Virus record (IMG/VR): IMGVR_UViG_3300017766_002486
Span: 1 to 32,154 of that record
Direction: 5' to 3' (one strand)
DNA from: a virus
Taxonomy: Duplodnaviria > Caudoviricetes
DNA length: 32,154 nt
The notes below the pieces were generated by a model that saw nothing but the letters and a program-made list of their open reading frames with translations, ran no database searches and was not told the DNA's origin. A program made the position numbers and the translations under genes. Positions 24,113 to 32,154 of the stretch are shown here, piece after piece (position 1 is the first letter of the stretch; every line of letters starts with the position of its first letter).

Positions 24113-24548
24113 AGCCCTCGGGGTTCACGACCACCAGAATGTCATAGACTAGGACCGATGCCCAGGAGCGCTCGTTGACCCCTTCATCCTCGGACAGAGG
24201 GGTGATGTCGTAGCAGTGGGCGTCGCCTTGGGCGGTGAACACGTCCTGCAGCTCTTCGAGGTCCTGCATGGCGCCGGCAATGGCGGCCATCCGGGCACGG
24301 TGATCGGCTAGGGTCACGTCATCGGCAGAGTCCAGCAGGGTGACGCGGACCGAGCACGAGTAGTTGCCGAGGCCGTCCGGGAAGTCGTTAGGCAGGCGGG
24401 CGGAGTCGCAGAGCACGATGGCCTTGGGAAGCACGTTCGTGTCGGCGCTGTCGCCCGTGTAGATGTTGACCCCGGTCAGTTCGACCTGGGCGGTGAGGTA
24501 GGTAGCCACTGCGGCTTCCACGATATGGCGGGCGGATTTGGTTCCCAT
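24111..24548 (-). CDS. putative tail terminator/completion protein
   Basis: Start MGTKSARHIVEAAVATYL, acidic 145 aa; synteny. Confidence 0.55.
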   Translation of the reverse strand: MGTKSARHIVEAAVATYLTAQVELTGVNIYTGDSADTNVLPKAIVLCDSARLPNDFPDGLGNYSCSVRVTLLDSADDVTLADHRARMAAIAGAMQDLEELQDVFTAQGDAHCYDITPLSEDEGVNERSWASVLVYDILVVVNPEG

Positions 24549-24552
24549 AGAG

Positions 24553-25515
24553 TTATTTGGTCTTACGAGCGTTAGCCTGAGCCAACGTCTTTTCAAACCT
24601 TGCGAGCACGGCGGCACGCATTTGTTTGACGCGGTTGCCGTAGACTAGGTTTTCGGTCCCAGCCTCTCCGGCCACGTTGTTGATGTTACCGATCAGATTC
24701 ATCACGGTCATGGATACGAAGCCCGGGCTACGGCTGGAGCTGAACACGCCCTGGGCTGAGCGCTTGTTTGCGTCCACCCAAGGGGCGTCATAGGCGCCGA
24801 AGTTACGCTCGACGCCCTTCTTGGTCACGGGCTTGGGGACCTGCGCTAGGACCGCAGCCCAGCCGGACTTGACCCGTCCGACCTTGGCCTGACGTTCAGC
24901 TATGTAGGCTTGGAGTTGTTGGACTGAGCCGACCATATACTGCGGTCCGCCAACGGGCTGGTTGCGCTTCCATCGTCCGTTCACGGCGTTCTTGTATTTG
25001 TCGTGGATGCCTCGCAGGTCGTTGGTCTGCCCTTCGATTGCCCTGATCTGCCCGTAGATGTTCGCCTTATTCAGGTAGTTCTTAGCCTTCTTGAATGAGC
25101 GTTCCCAGCTCACGTCTTCCAGAATCTTACGCATGACCGGGGAGATGCCGCGTGCCTTGCCTGAATCGAAGTTGCCGTAGATTTCCATGAACGCCTGTCG
25201 GTCGTCGCCCCTGACGGAGTTGATGACGCGGCGCAGCAGGACGGGCATCCCCTTCTTGGGGCTGTCCGCAGGAATGAAGATGCGTTTGATGTCCTTGGCC
25301 GTCTTACCCATGCCGGCCTTGTGGGCGGCTGAGCTCAGGCCACGGCCCCCGCCGGCAGGCATCGGAGGGGTGAAGGTCATGGCGTCGCGGCACATCAGCC
25401 TGATCTGCTCGCGGGTGACCATCTCCATGTCGCCCTTCACCTCTTCGGCAAAGTGCCGCATAGCCGCGTTGAAGTCCGCGAGGCTGGCTGGGTCGATGGC
25501 TCCCTTGCTGGCCAT
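24553..25515 (-). CDS. putative neck/tail-completion protein (basic, HK97 gp10-like position)
   Basis: 320 aa, Arg/Lys-rich, between head closure and tail terminator. Confidence 0.5.
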   Translation of the reverse strand: MASKGAIDPASLADFNAAMRHFAEEVKGDMEMVTREQIRLMCRDAMTFTPPMPAGGGRGLSSAAHKAGMGKTAKDIKRIFIPADSPKKGMPVLLRRVINSVRGDDRQAFMEIYGNFDSGKARGISPVMRKILEDVSWERSFKKAKNYLNKANIYGQIRAIEGQTNDLRGIHDKYKNAVNGRWKRNQPVGGPQYMVGSVQQLQAYIAERQAKVGRVKSGWAAVLAQVPKPVTKKGVERNFGAYDAPWVDANKRSAQGVFSSSRSPGFVSMTVMNLIGNINNVAGEAGTENLVYGNRVKQMRAAVLARFEKTLAQANARKTK

Positions 25516-25889
25516 TACTGGTTGTCGTCGATGCAGGTGAGCTCGATGACGGCGCTGGCCTGCTTGTAGGACTGGCCCTTGACCCGGAGGACCTGCCCGT
25601 TGACCGTCAGTTTCTTGCCAGGGGCTAGGGAGGCCACAGGGACGCCCGAGGCGATTGTGGCTACCTGACCTCCAACCCGGCCATCAGAAGCCGTCCAAGG
25701 GGCCGTAGCGGCGGCGAAACGCACCGTCCACATCTTTTCCTCAGTGAAGCCCCCCGCGTCGAACTTGGGGGTGTTCATGGGTTGGGATAGGCCGACAAGG
25801 AACAGGTTGGCCCCGACCGTAGCCGGAACCCCGATGTCTGCCAGGATGGATTGGAAGTCTGAGTTGAAGGTGGAACCGTAGAGGGACAT
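25515..25889 (-). CDS. putative head closure (gpFII-like) protein
   Basis: 124 aa after the capsid gene; PGKKLTVNGQVLRV beta-strand pattern. Confidence 0.55.
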   Translation of the reverse strand: MSLYGSTFNSDFQSILADIGVPATVGANLFLVGLSQPMNTPKFDAGGFTEEKMWTVRFAAATAPWTASDGRVGGQVATIASGVPVASLAPGKKLTVNGQVLRVKGQSYKQASAVIELTCIDDNQ

Positions 25890-25915
25890 GAGGGTGGGTA
25901 GGGATTTAGGGATAC

Positions 25916-25940
25916 AAAAAAGCCCCCATCGCTGGGGGCT
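25916..25940 (-). terminator. intrinsic terminator after major capsid gene
   Basis: Minus strand reads AGCCCCCA-GCGA-TGGGGGCT-TTTTT. Confidence 0.85.
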
Positions 25941-25960
25941 GTTTCAGGACTCAGCCCCGA

Positions 25961-26815
25961 TTAGGGGTTGTAGACCGAGGCGAGAGTGCCCGTGGTGATC
26001 GCCTTGTTCGCACCGAACATCAGTTCCATGGAACCGACGAGGTTACGGGTGCTCTTGTCAGCCCAGACGTTGTAGTAGACCGAGATGCCGAGACCTTCGA
26101 TCGGAACCACTTCGCGAACGAGGAAGTCGTTGCCGACAGCGTCGAGGTCCGGGGCGGCGGCGGCCATCGCCAGCGCTTCGCTGGAAACCGCGAAGCCGGC
26201 GAGTTTCGCTTCGGACGGGAAGAGGGAAGCGTAGAACACGCCGCCATCGAAACCGTAAGCGCCAGCGGAGAGCGGGAGGGAGGTCGTGCTGGTCGGGATG
26301 AGCTGGGAGTAGATGCCCGGGTTCACGATCAGGGTCTTGCGACCAGCCTTGGAGACGCCGGCCCAGAGAGCCTTCAGCTGAGCGGAGCCAGGGGTGACAG
26401 CCGAATCAGCGGCGGTGACCGTGGCGGCGCCGAAGTTGGCGACGGTGATAGGAGCGGTAGCGGCGGCCCAGATGGAGTCGGCCAGCTTGTCCATGTTGAT
26501 TTTCAGAATCTTCTCGAGCTTGATGCCGTTCTGGATGTCGGCGTAGGAGAGACCGAAGGGCTGATACAGGTGATTAAGCGACACGGCGGTGGCGCCAAGC
26601 GTGCTGTCACCGATGACATTAAACGCGGTCGGGTTGGTCAGCGTGGTGCTGCCAGCGGTGGAGAGAGCCACCTGGACGACGTCCTTCGGGCGCTTCACGT
26701 CAGCCGAGAAGTCGGAGGCGAAGTTGCCGAGGGCCGCGAGGCGGTTCGAGAGGGAGGTGAGGCTGAGCTCGGCGACGGTATCGACGATCAGAGCGCTGTT
26801 GATGGTGTTAGGCAT
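25961..26815 (-). CDS. major capsid protein
   Basis: 284 aa after protease and scaffold, strongly biased codons, followed by a terminator. N-terminus MPNTINSALI...FASDFS. Confidence 0.75.
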   Translation of the reverse strand: MPNTINSALIVDTVAELSLTSLSNRLAALGNFASDFSADVKRPKDVVQVALSTAGSTTLTNPTAFNVIGDSTLGATAVSLNHLYQPFGLSYADIQNGIKLEKILKINMDKLADSIWAAATAPITVANFGAATVTAADSAVTPGSAQLKALWAGVSKAGRKTLIVNPGIYSQLIPTSTTSLPLSAGAYGFDGGVFYASLFPSEAKLAGFAVSSEALAMAAAAPDLDAVGNDFLVREVVPIEGLGISVYYNVWADKSTRNLVGSMELMFGANKAITTGTLASVYNP

Positions 26816-26845
26816 GGGTAGCTAGTGGAGGGTTAGAGGGGGAGA

Positions 26846-27244
26846 TTATTTGGAGAAGAGGACGGCCTTGTGCTTCTTGAGGAAGGCGCGGCGCTCAGGG
26901 CCGGCAGGCATCGAGGCATACTGCTCGTGGATGGAACCGACGGCAGCGGCGACGACCGGGGCGGCGACAGGGGCCACGCCAGAAGAGGCGAGGATGTTCG
27001 CGGCTTCGACAGAGGCGGTGGCCTTGGAGGCTTCGAGCTCGACGATCTTGGCGTTGGCCTCGGCGAGAGCGGCTTCCAGTTCCTGAACCTTCTGGTCCTT
27101 AGCGGCGGCATCGACCTTAGCCTGGTCGAGTTCGGCGGAGACGTTGACCACGGAGGCTTCGACCGTCTTGCGGAGATCGTCGCGTTCAGCGGTGAGGGAG
27201 ACGACAGCGGCCTCGGCGGCCTTGAAGCGTTCTTCGATGGTCAT
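26846..27244 (-). CDS. capsid scaffolding protein
   Basis: 132 aa Ala/Glu coiled coil between protease and capsid, ending ERRAFLKKH. Confidence 0.65.
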   Translation of the reverse strand: MTIEERFKAAEAAVVSLTAERDDLRKTVEASVVNVSAELDQAKVDAAAKDQKVQELEAALAEANAKIVELEASKATASVEAANILASSGVAPVAAPVVAAAVGSIHEQYASMPAGPERRAFLKKHKAVLFSK

Positions 27245-27269
27245 ATACTATTGCGTAGGGGGTAAGGTT
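27245..27269 (-). promoter_or_regulatory. late-gene bipartite motif copy 2
   Basis: AACCTTACC-CCCTAC-GCAATAGTAT-ATG. Confidence 0.7.
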
Positions 27270-28071
27270 AAGCGGCCTGCTCGAAAGCGGCGAGGGCCTC
27301 GGCGAAGGAGGTGGCCAGACCCGTGACGAGGTTCTTGGCGGCGGCTTCCCGGCCAGAGAACACTTGGCCTTCCATGTCTTCGCGGCTGGCGAGCGAGCGC
27401 TTGCGGAGGACGGTCTGCTTGAACTCTTCATGCATGGCCTCGATGGACTTCTGCTCGAGCTCGCGCATCTCGTCGGTGTAGCCTTCGCCGGCGATGTTCG
27501 GGGCCTTGTATTTGCCCGCACGGAACACCTCGACCTTGAGGCCCATGTTCTTGAACGCTTCGTCGTAGGACTCGTCCACGGCGATCACACCTATGGAACC
27601 CACGACCGCCGACGGGCTTGCAATCACGTAGTCGCTCTGACTCCCGGTATAATATGCCCCGGAGGCCATGAGCTTCTTGGCGTAGGACATGGTCGGCAGC
27701 GGGATGCTGGCAATCTTGTCGGCGAGTTCGGGCGTGCCGACGACCGTGCCGCCAGGGGAATCAATCTCGAAGGCGATGCGCTGGACCGCAGGGTTGGCGA
27801 GGGCTTCGTCGATGTGCTCGCTAACTTCAGCCATGTCCATGGCCCCGGTCATCTTCTCGAACTTGGTCAGGCCGACGCCCAGGAAACCCTGGAGTGGGAT
27901 GACCGCCGTTCCGCCCTGCGTGACGTAGGGCTTCGCGACAGGGTTGAAGAACATATCCAGCACGCTGTCCACGACGCCGTATTTCTCGGCATACTTCATG
28001 TGGTTCGCGGCCTTGATAGGGTCGCAGAGAAGTGGCTCTCTTCCAGAGAGTCCGTTGATTAAGCATTTCAC
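27268..28071 (-). CDS. S49-family (SppA-like) prohead protease
   Basis: IDSPGG, MASGAYY, VGSIGV, AGKYK and GQVFSGREA motifs. Confidence 0.9.
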   Translation of the reverse strand: MKCLINGLSGREPLLCDPIKAANHMKYAEKYGVVDSVLDMFFNPVAKPYVTQGGTAVIPLQGFLGVGLTKFEKMTGAMDMAEVSEHIDEALANPAVQRIAFEIDSPGGTVVGTPELADKIASIPLPTMSYAKKLMASGAYYTGSQSDYVIASPSAVVGSIGVIAVDESYDEAFKNMGLKVEVFRAGKYKAPNIAGEGYTDEMRELEQKSIEAMHEEFKQTVLRKRSLASREDMEGQVFSGREAAAKNLVTGLATSFAEALAAFEQAA

Positions 28072-29540
28072 GGGTTAGAGGGTTCGGGAGGGGGAGGGAG
28101 GTCGAGGTTGTCGGCGACCGCGTCAGGCGTCTGGCTCGAAGCCTGACCCTGTTGCAGCCAGTTGAAGGCCGACTGGTAAAGCATCCACAGCGGGAGGTTT
28201 CGCTCCTTGGACTTCTGGACGAGCTTCTCCATCTCGACGGCGCGCTGCTCGAGCACCTCGTCGTAGGTCATGCCCTTCTTGCCGAGGATGGCCTGCGCCG
28301 TGGTCAGACCCATCTGCAGGTCGGCACGGTCTTGCGAGGCTTCGCGGCCAGCGTCCACGGTGATGTCGCGGGGCGTGATCCAAGACTTGCGGTTGAAGTC
28401 CGGGTCGTCGGGCAACTTGCCCTTGGCGATGGCGTCGGCGATGACGTAGTCGTAGATACGGTCGAGGCTGTCGATGATGATGCTCTGCCACTTGCCTGCC
28501 CATCGTGACACGCGGCCAGCGACTAGGCGGACCGAGGAACCGCCGAGGGCTCCCGGCGTGACCTGGTATTCGTAGGGGAGCAGGCGGACGATGTCGCGCT
28601 CGATGGCGGTCATCATCCCGATCCACGCTTGAGAGGGGCGGGTCTGGGTCAGCTGAGAAAGGTCCTCGTTGGTATCGACCACCAGCATCTTGCCGCCCAT
28701 CTGGCTGGCCATCTTCTCGCAGGAATTGTAGTCGCCGGAGAACTTGGAGGCCGGGTCATCTTGAAGCACCCCGCCTTGCTTCTTCAGGATTAAAGTATGA
28801 TCCGCGCTGTCGCGGGCTGCTCGGACCTCCAAGGAGAACACCTCGAGGTGATCACGGACCGAGTTGAGCGATGACTGAAGCACAGGGTATCCGCGCACCG
28901 CAGACGGGCGCTCGAACTCCATGACCTGGAGCATGGACTGCGCCGGCACGTATCGGTCCTTCTTGTCGCCGTCAGTGTAGACATTCCAGCCGGTGATTTC
29001 GCCATACGTGCCGAGGTAAGCCCCGTCCACGTTGCTGGTGTCGAACTTGTCGGAGGGAGTCCCCACTCGATGACTCTCGAGGATTTGCACTTTCGGGACG
29101 CCGGTCTTCGGGTCGTTGGTCAGTATGCCGAAACTATCGCCATCGACCAAAGCCCCGGACATCCACATGGCCTGCAATTGCCCCAGGTTGTAGCGTCCGG
29201 TCAGGTCGCATCGGGTGGACCAGTCGCGGAAATAGTTCTGGTGGGCAACGGCCACAGCGGGGTCGCGGGCGTTGGACTGAGCCACAAGGCCGTCACCGAT
29301 GGAGACCAGCACGGCCTCGTCGATGCACTGCTTGTAGATCGGGCTGTTGCGGACGGCCCAGCGGGACGTGCCGACCATCGTCAGGCGCGTGCCGGACGTG
29401 ACCTCCTTACGCTGGTCGGTGACCGCACCGATGAACAGCATACGCCGAGCACCCGAGTCGGTCGTGCTGGCGAACTGAGAATACGAGGCGGACGGCCCCT
29501 TCTTCTCGGTCTTGGTCTTGGGCGTGGTCTTCTTTCGCAT
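28068..29540 (-). CDS. portal protein, lambda family
   Basis: 490 aa with VDGDSF, ILESHRV, ERPSAVRGYP and WITPRDITVDAGRE, located after terL and the gpW-like gene. Confidence 0.85.
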   Translation of the reverse strand: MRKKTTPKTKTEKKGPSASYSQFASTTDSGARRMLFIGAVTDQRKEVTSGTRLTMVGTSRWAVRNSPIYKQCIDEAVLVSIGDGLVAQSNARDPAVAVAHQNYFRDWSTRCDLTGRYNLGQLQAMWMSGALVDGDSFGILTNDPKTGVPKVQILESHRVGTPSDKFDTSNVDGAYLGTYGEITGWNVYTDGDKKDRYVPAQSMLQVMEFERPSAVRGYPVLQSSLNSVRDHLEVFSLEVRAARDSADHTLILKKQGGVLQDDPASKFSGDYNSCEKMASQMGGKMLVVDTNEDLSQLTQTRPSQAWIGMMTAIERDIVRLLPYEYQVTPGALGGSSVRLVAGRVSRWAGKWQSIIIDSLDRIYDYVIADAIAKGKLPDDPDFNRKSWITPRDITVDAGREASQDRADLQMGLTTAQAILGKKGMTYDEVLEQRAVEMEKLVQKSKERNLPLWMLYQSAFNWLQQGQASSQTPDAVADNLDLPPPPEPSNP

Positions 29541-29788
29541 CAGAGGTCAACCCGCATATCCCAGTTCTTCTGCACGGAGGTATGAGCACCGCCATACTTC
29601 TTAGGGTCGATACGGGACAAAGCGTAGTTAATCTCGAGCAGGCGCTGCTGGGGGGGCATCCCGAACTGCTTGTTCACGGAAGTGCCGGAGTCCGAGTAGG
29701 ACGTCACGGCTTTGCCGAGGTCCCCCAGTGCTTCCTGCTTGTATTGCAGCAGCACGTCCTCTGATACGCCTACGTAGATGCCGAGCAT
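29540..29788 (-). CDS. head completion protein (gpW-like position)
   Basis: 82 aa between terL and portal, with a helix-beta hairpin-helix pattern (VTSYSDSGTSVNK). Confidence 0.6.
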   Translation of the reverse strand: MLGIYVGVSEDVLLQYKQEALGDLGKAVTSYSDSGTSVNKQFGMPPQQRLLEINYALSRIDPKKYGGAHTSVQKNWDMRVDL

Positions 29789-29814
29789 ATACTTATTGCG
29801 GGGCGGGTAAGGTT
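29789..29814 (-). promoter_or_regulatory. late-gene bipartite motif copy 1
   Basis: AACCTTACC-CGCCCC-GCAATAAGTAT-ATG, overlapping the terL 3' end. Confidence 0.7.
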
Positions 29815-31625
29815 TGCGGCTCGTCCCGACCGAGCAGGCCCCAGCGCGCCGCGATCAGCATCCCGAGAAGCTCGCAGTCGAAAGCATGGTTGTCGCGGAC
29901 TCCCTTCCGTAGTCGCCACATGGCCTTGCCCGCTTCCTTTATGCGGACCTCCGAGTTCAGCTGCTCGACATACCCGGGGTCGGCATCCCGGGCGAACGTG
30001 AACACCTTACGCGAGCGCATCCCGTGGAACAGGTCCTTGCCTGACAGATTGGACCAGACCACCAGCGCCGTCGGCGTGCGGATGCCAGGGACGTGGATGG
30101 CGGTCGGGGTGTTATAGAACCGCCGAACGGTGTCCCCGGCCTTCGTCTTGACATTGAAGTATTCCTGACCCGAACCCTTCGAGCAATACCAGCCACGGGT
30201 GGCGCACTGCTTGTAGACCGTCTGGGTCGTCGTGTCGGCGCCGCCAGAGTCCACCATGACGAGCTGAGGGTGGACGCCGTGCTTGACCGCCAGGGCGTCG
30301 AGGCCGGACCAATCGCCTAGGCCGTCCGTGCTCAGGACCTTGCCAAAGTAGACCAGCCGGCTGTGGCCCGTTCGTGCCCACTGCCTGACTACCACCCAGA
30401 AGTGGTCCATCTGACAGTCGATAGTCAGGCTGATGAACTTCACCGAGCCTTCGGGTGCGTCGTCCTTGTCCACGATCTGACCGCGCGGCGTGATGTAGCA
30501 GACCGCTTCCCATGGGTCGGCCATGGCGTAGTCCGAGGACTCGGTCGAGACGACCATGCTCCCCGTGCCGTCATCACTCCAGGGCAGAGCCAGATACTGG
30601 TTCTTGAAGAGCATACGCGGGGTCTGGTCTCCGACCAAGTCTGCGACCTGCTTGGCTTTTATCATGTCCACGGCCAAGGACCCCCAGCTCGTCGATGCCA
30701 ATGCGTTGACGTGTAGCCCGACGTAGCCGGCCTTCTCCGCCTTGGTCGTAGCCTCGAACCCGGCTCCACGCTCAACCTCGTTGCAAATCGTCCGCACCTC
30801 GTCGTTGTCCTCCATGCGGTGACGGCACTTCGAGCACTCGTAGGTCGTGCCCTGTTGCACCGCCTCAAGGTCCCAGCCGTCTACCATCTTGGCGCCTTCG
30901 GGGAAACGGATGTAGTCCCACAGCCAGGGCTGGCGGTGGTTGCACGAGGGACAGACGAACATCCATTCCCTCTGGTCGGTCATCAGGTAGAACTTCCAGA
31001 ACTCAGCGCCTTGCCCTTCGATGTCACCGGGCTGGCTCTCGTAGATCGCCTTGCTCGCGAACGCCGCAGCCTTCATGCGGCTCATGCTCATCGCCAATGC
31101 GCCGTTCGGCCACTGCCAGATTTCCGAGCCGAACACGTAGCGCACGTGCAACGACTGCAGGTGCTTCTCCGTCGAGGCCGAGCGGTTGTGAATCAGAGAG
31201 CCGTCCGCGAACCGCAACGTGCCCGACTTGTCGTTATCGTCCCCGGACATCTGAGAGCGGATGTCGGACACCTGGTCGAACAGCGGCCGCAGCTCGTTCA
31301 ACGTGAACGCCTTCGCCTTGTCCTGAGAGTCCAGGAAGATGGCCATCGACGCACGGCGGTTAGCCATCAGGTAAGTCGCGCAGAGTTTCAGCGTCAGCGT
31401 CTTCCCGCAGCCGATGGCCCAGGGCATGAACAGACGCGAGGTCGTCGGCGCGTTGAAGATACGGACGGCCTCACCGATCCACGGCCAGCGCTTCGGGTTG
31501 TAGCCTCCGTCAAACACGCCCGCCGGAATCTTCTTAACGTTCTCCTTCAGGTAAGCGACAGGGTCGCTCAAGGCCGACGGCCTGACCACGGCCAGCCCTT
31601 CCTCGAAGAGCTCGTCGGCGTTCAC
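29793..31625 (-). CDS. terL: terminase large subunit (lambda gpA family)
   Basis: Walker A-like AIGCGKT, TDQREW..CPSCNHRQ, YECSKC, TIDCQMDHFWVVVRQW, VMVDSG and DNHAFDC. Confidence 0.9.
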   Translation of the reverse strand: MNADELFEEGLAVVRPSALSDPVAYLKENVKKIPAGVFDGGYNPKRWPWIGEAVRIFNAPTTSRLFMPWAIGCGKTLTLKLCATYLMANRRASMAIFLDSQDKAKAFTLNELRPLFDQVSDIRSQMSGDDNDKSGTLRFADGSLIHNRSASTEKHLQSLHVRYVFGSEIWQWPNGALAMSMSRMKAAAFASKAIYESQPGDIEGQGAEFWKFYLMTDQREWMFVCPSCNHRQPWLWDYIRFPEGAKMVDGWDLEAVQQGTTYECSKCRHRMEDNDEVRTICNEVERGAGFEATTKAEKAGYVGLHVNALASTSWGSLAVDMIKAKQVADLVGDQTPRMLFKNQYLALPWSDDGTGSMVVSTESSDYAMADPWEAVCYITPRGQIVDKDDAPEGSVKFISLTIDCQMDHFWVVVRQWARTGHSRLVYFGKVLSTDGLGDWSGLDALAVKHGVHPQLVMVDSGGADTTTQTVYKQCATRGWYCSKGSGQEYFNVKTKAGDTVRRFYNTPTAIHVPGIRTPTALVVWSNLSGKDLFHGMRSRKVFTFARDADPGYVEQLNSEVRIKEAGKAMWRLRKGVRDNHAFDCELLGMLIAARWGLLGRDEPQTLPAPQ

Positions 31626-32128
31626 GGCTTCGGTTCCTCCAGCACTCCGGCAACCCGGGCAATCTTCTCGCGGGCCTCACGCGCCCACTCCGTCAAGACA
31701 CCGATGGCTTTCACCGGGTCCTTGGGGTTGCAGTTCTCACCGCACTCAGAGCCTAGCGCGTCCAGCCGTTCGACGATCAGGCCAGCCAGACGGAGCATCG
31801 CCTCGCGCGCTTCGGTCGCGTCGATGTGCTGGCGGGCGAACACCGAGCGCCGTTCCTGCTCTTCACGCAAAGCCACCGCTTGCTTCAGGCTCTGGTTATA
31901 GGTCACCTGATAGCGGCCAGCCTCGGCATCGCCGGCACGCAGCATCCGCTCATACTTCTCGCGGGCGAGCACGACCAGGCGCTCGTGCTTCTCGATCGTC
32001 TGCTCGAAGCTCGCGTCGGGGATTCCCTCCACGTCGAGCGGCGGCCTTTCCTTTTTCGGTCGCCCCGGCTTTCGAGCTGAACCGGCTGGTTCGGAATCCC
32101 CCGATTTTGGCTGGTTTTGAAAATCCAT
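31622..32128 (-). CDS. terS: probable terminase small subunit
   Basis: 168 aa helical protein with KPGRPKK, overlapping the terL start. Confidence 0.65.
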   Translation of the reverse strand: MDFQNQPKSGDSEPAGSARKPGRPKKERPPLDVEGIPDASFEQTIEKHERLVVLAREKYERMLRAGDAEAGRYQVTYNQSLKQAVALREEQERRSVFARQHIDATEAREAMLRLAGLIVERLDALGSECGENCNPKDPVKAIGVLTEWAREAREKIARVAGVLEEPKP

Positions 32129-32154
32129 GTTAAAAAAAACGGCGGGCTTCCTTC

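Noticed and set aside
1-32154. Integrase/att site, CI repressor, DNA polymerase, ParA/ParB or known defence system
   Set aside because: No ORF shows the diagnostic motifs. Small hypothetical genes could still hide divergent versions.

Overview
The window looks like a complete or near-complete ~32 kb tailed dsDNA phage genome (Caudoviricetes, lambda-like head module), with no host genes, integrase, CI-type repressor or DNA polymerase recognisable. On the minus strand, from the right end, come terS, gpA-type terL, a gpW-like gene, portal, S49 protease, scaffold, major capsid, neck/tail genes, a short tape-measure-like gene, tail tip/fibre genes and a membrane/lysis cassette. These are followed by ATP-dependent ligase, RecE-like exonuclease, RecT, an HNH endonuclease, dNMP kinase and a metallophosphoesterase. 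A plus-strand operon of small genes (5350-8891) ends in a secreted lysozyme-like protein. Leftward of it lie an SF2 helicase, VRR-NUC nuclease, TOPRIM primase-helicase, an iteron-rich putative origin and an HTH gene. The most striking non-coding signal is a candidate ~80-nt structured small RNA at 8896-8977 with its own promoter-like element and a terminal GNRA hairpin. Its central hairpin carries UUGUGCGGGAU, the reverse complement of a (A)TCCCGCAC box found 0-3 nt before the start codons of the primase, helicase, ligase, exonuclease and early-operon genes. This suggests a multi-target antisense-RNA regulon. A separate bipartite motif, AACCYTACC-N6-RCAATA(A)GTA, directly precedes four structural genes. 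All product calls come from motif reading and synteny; no database searches or folding programs were run.
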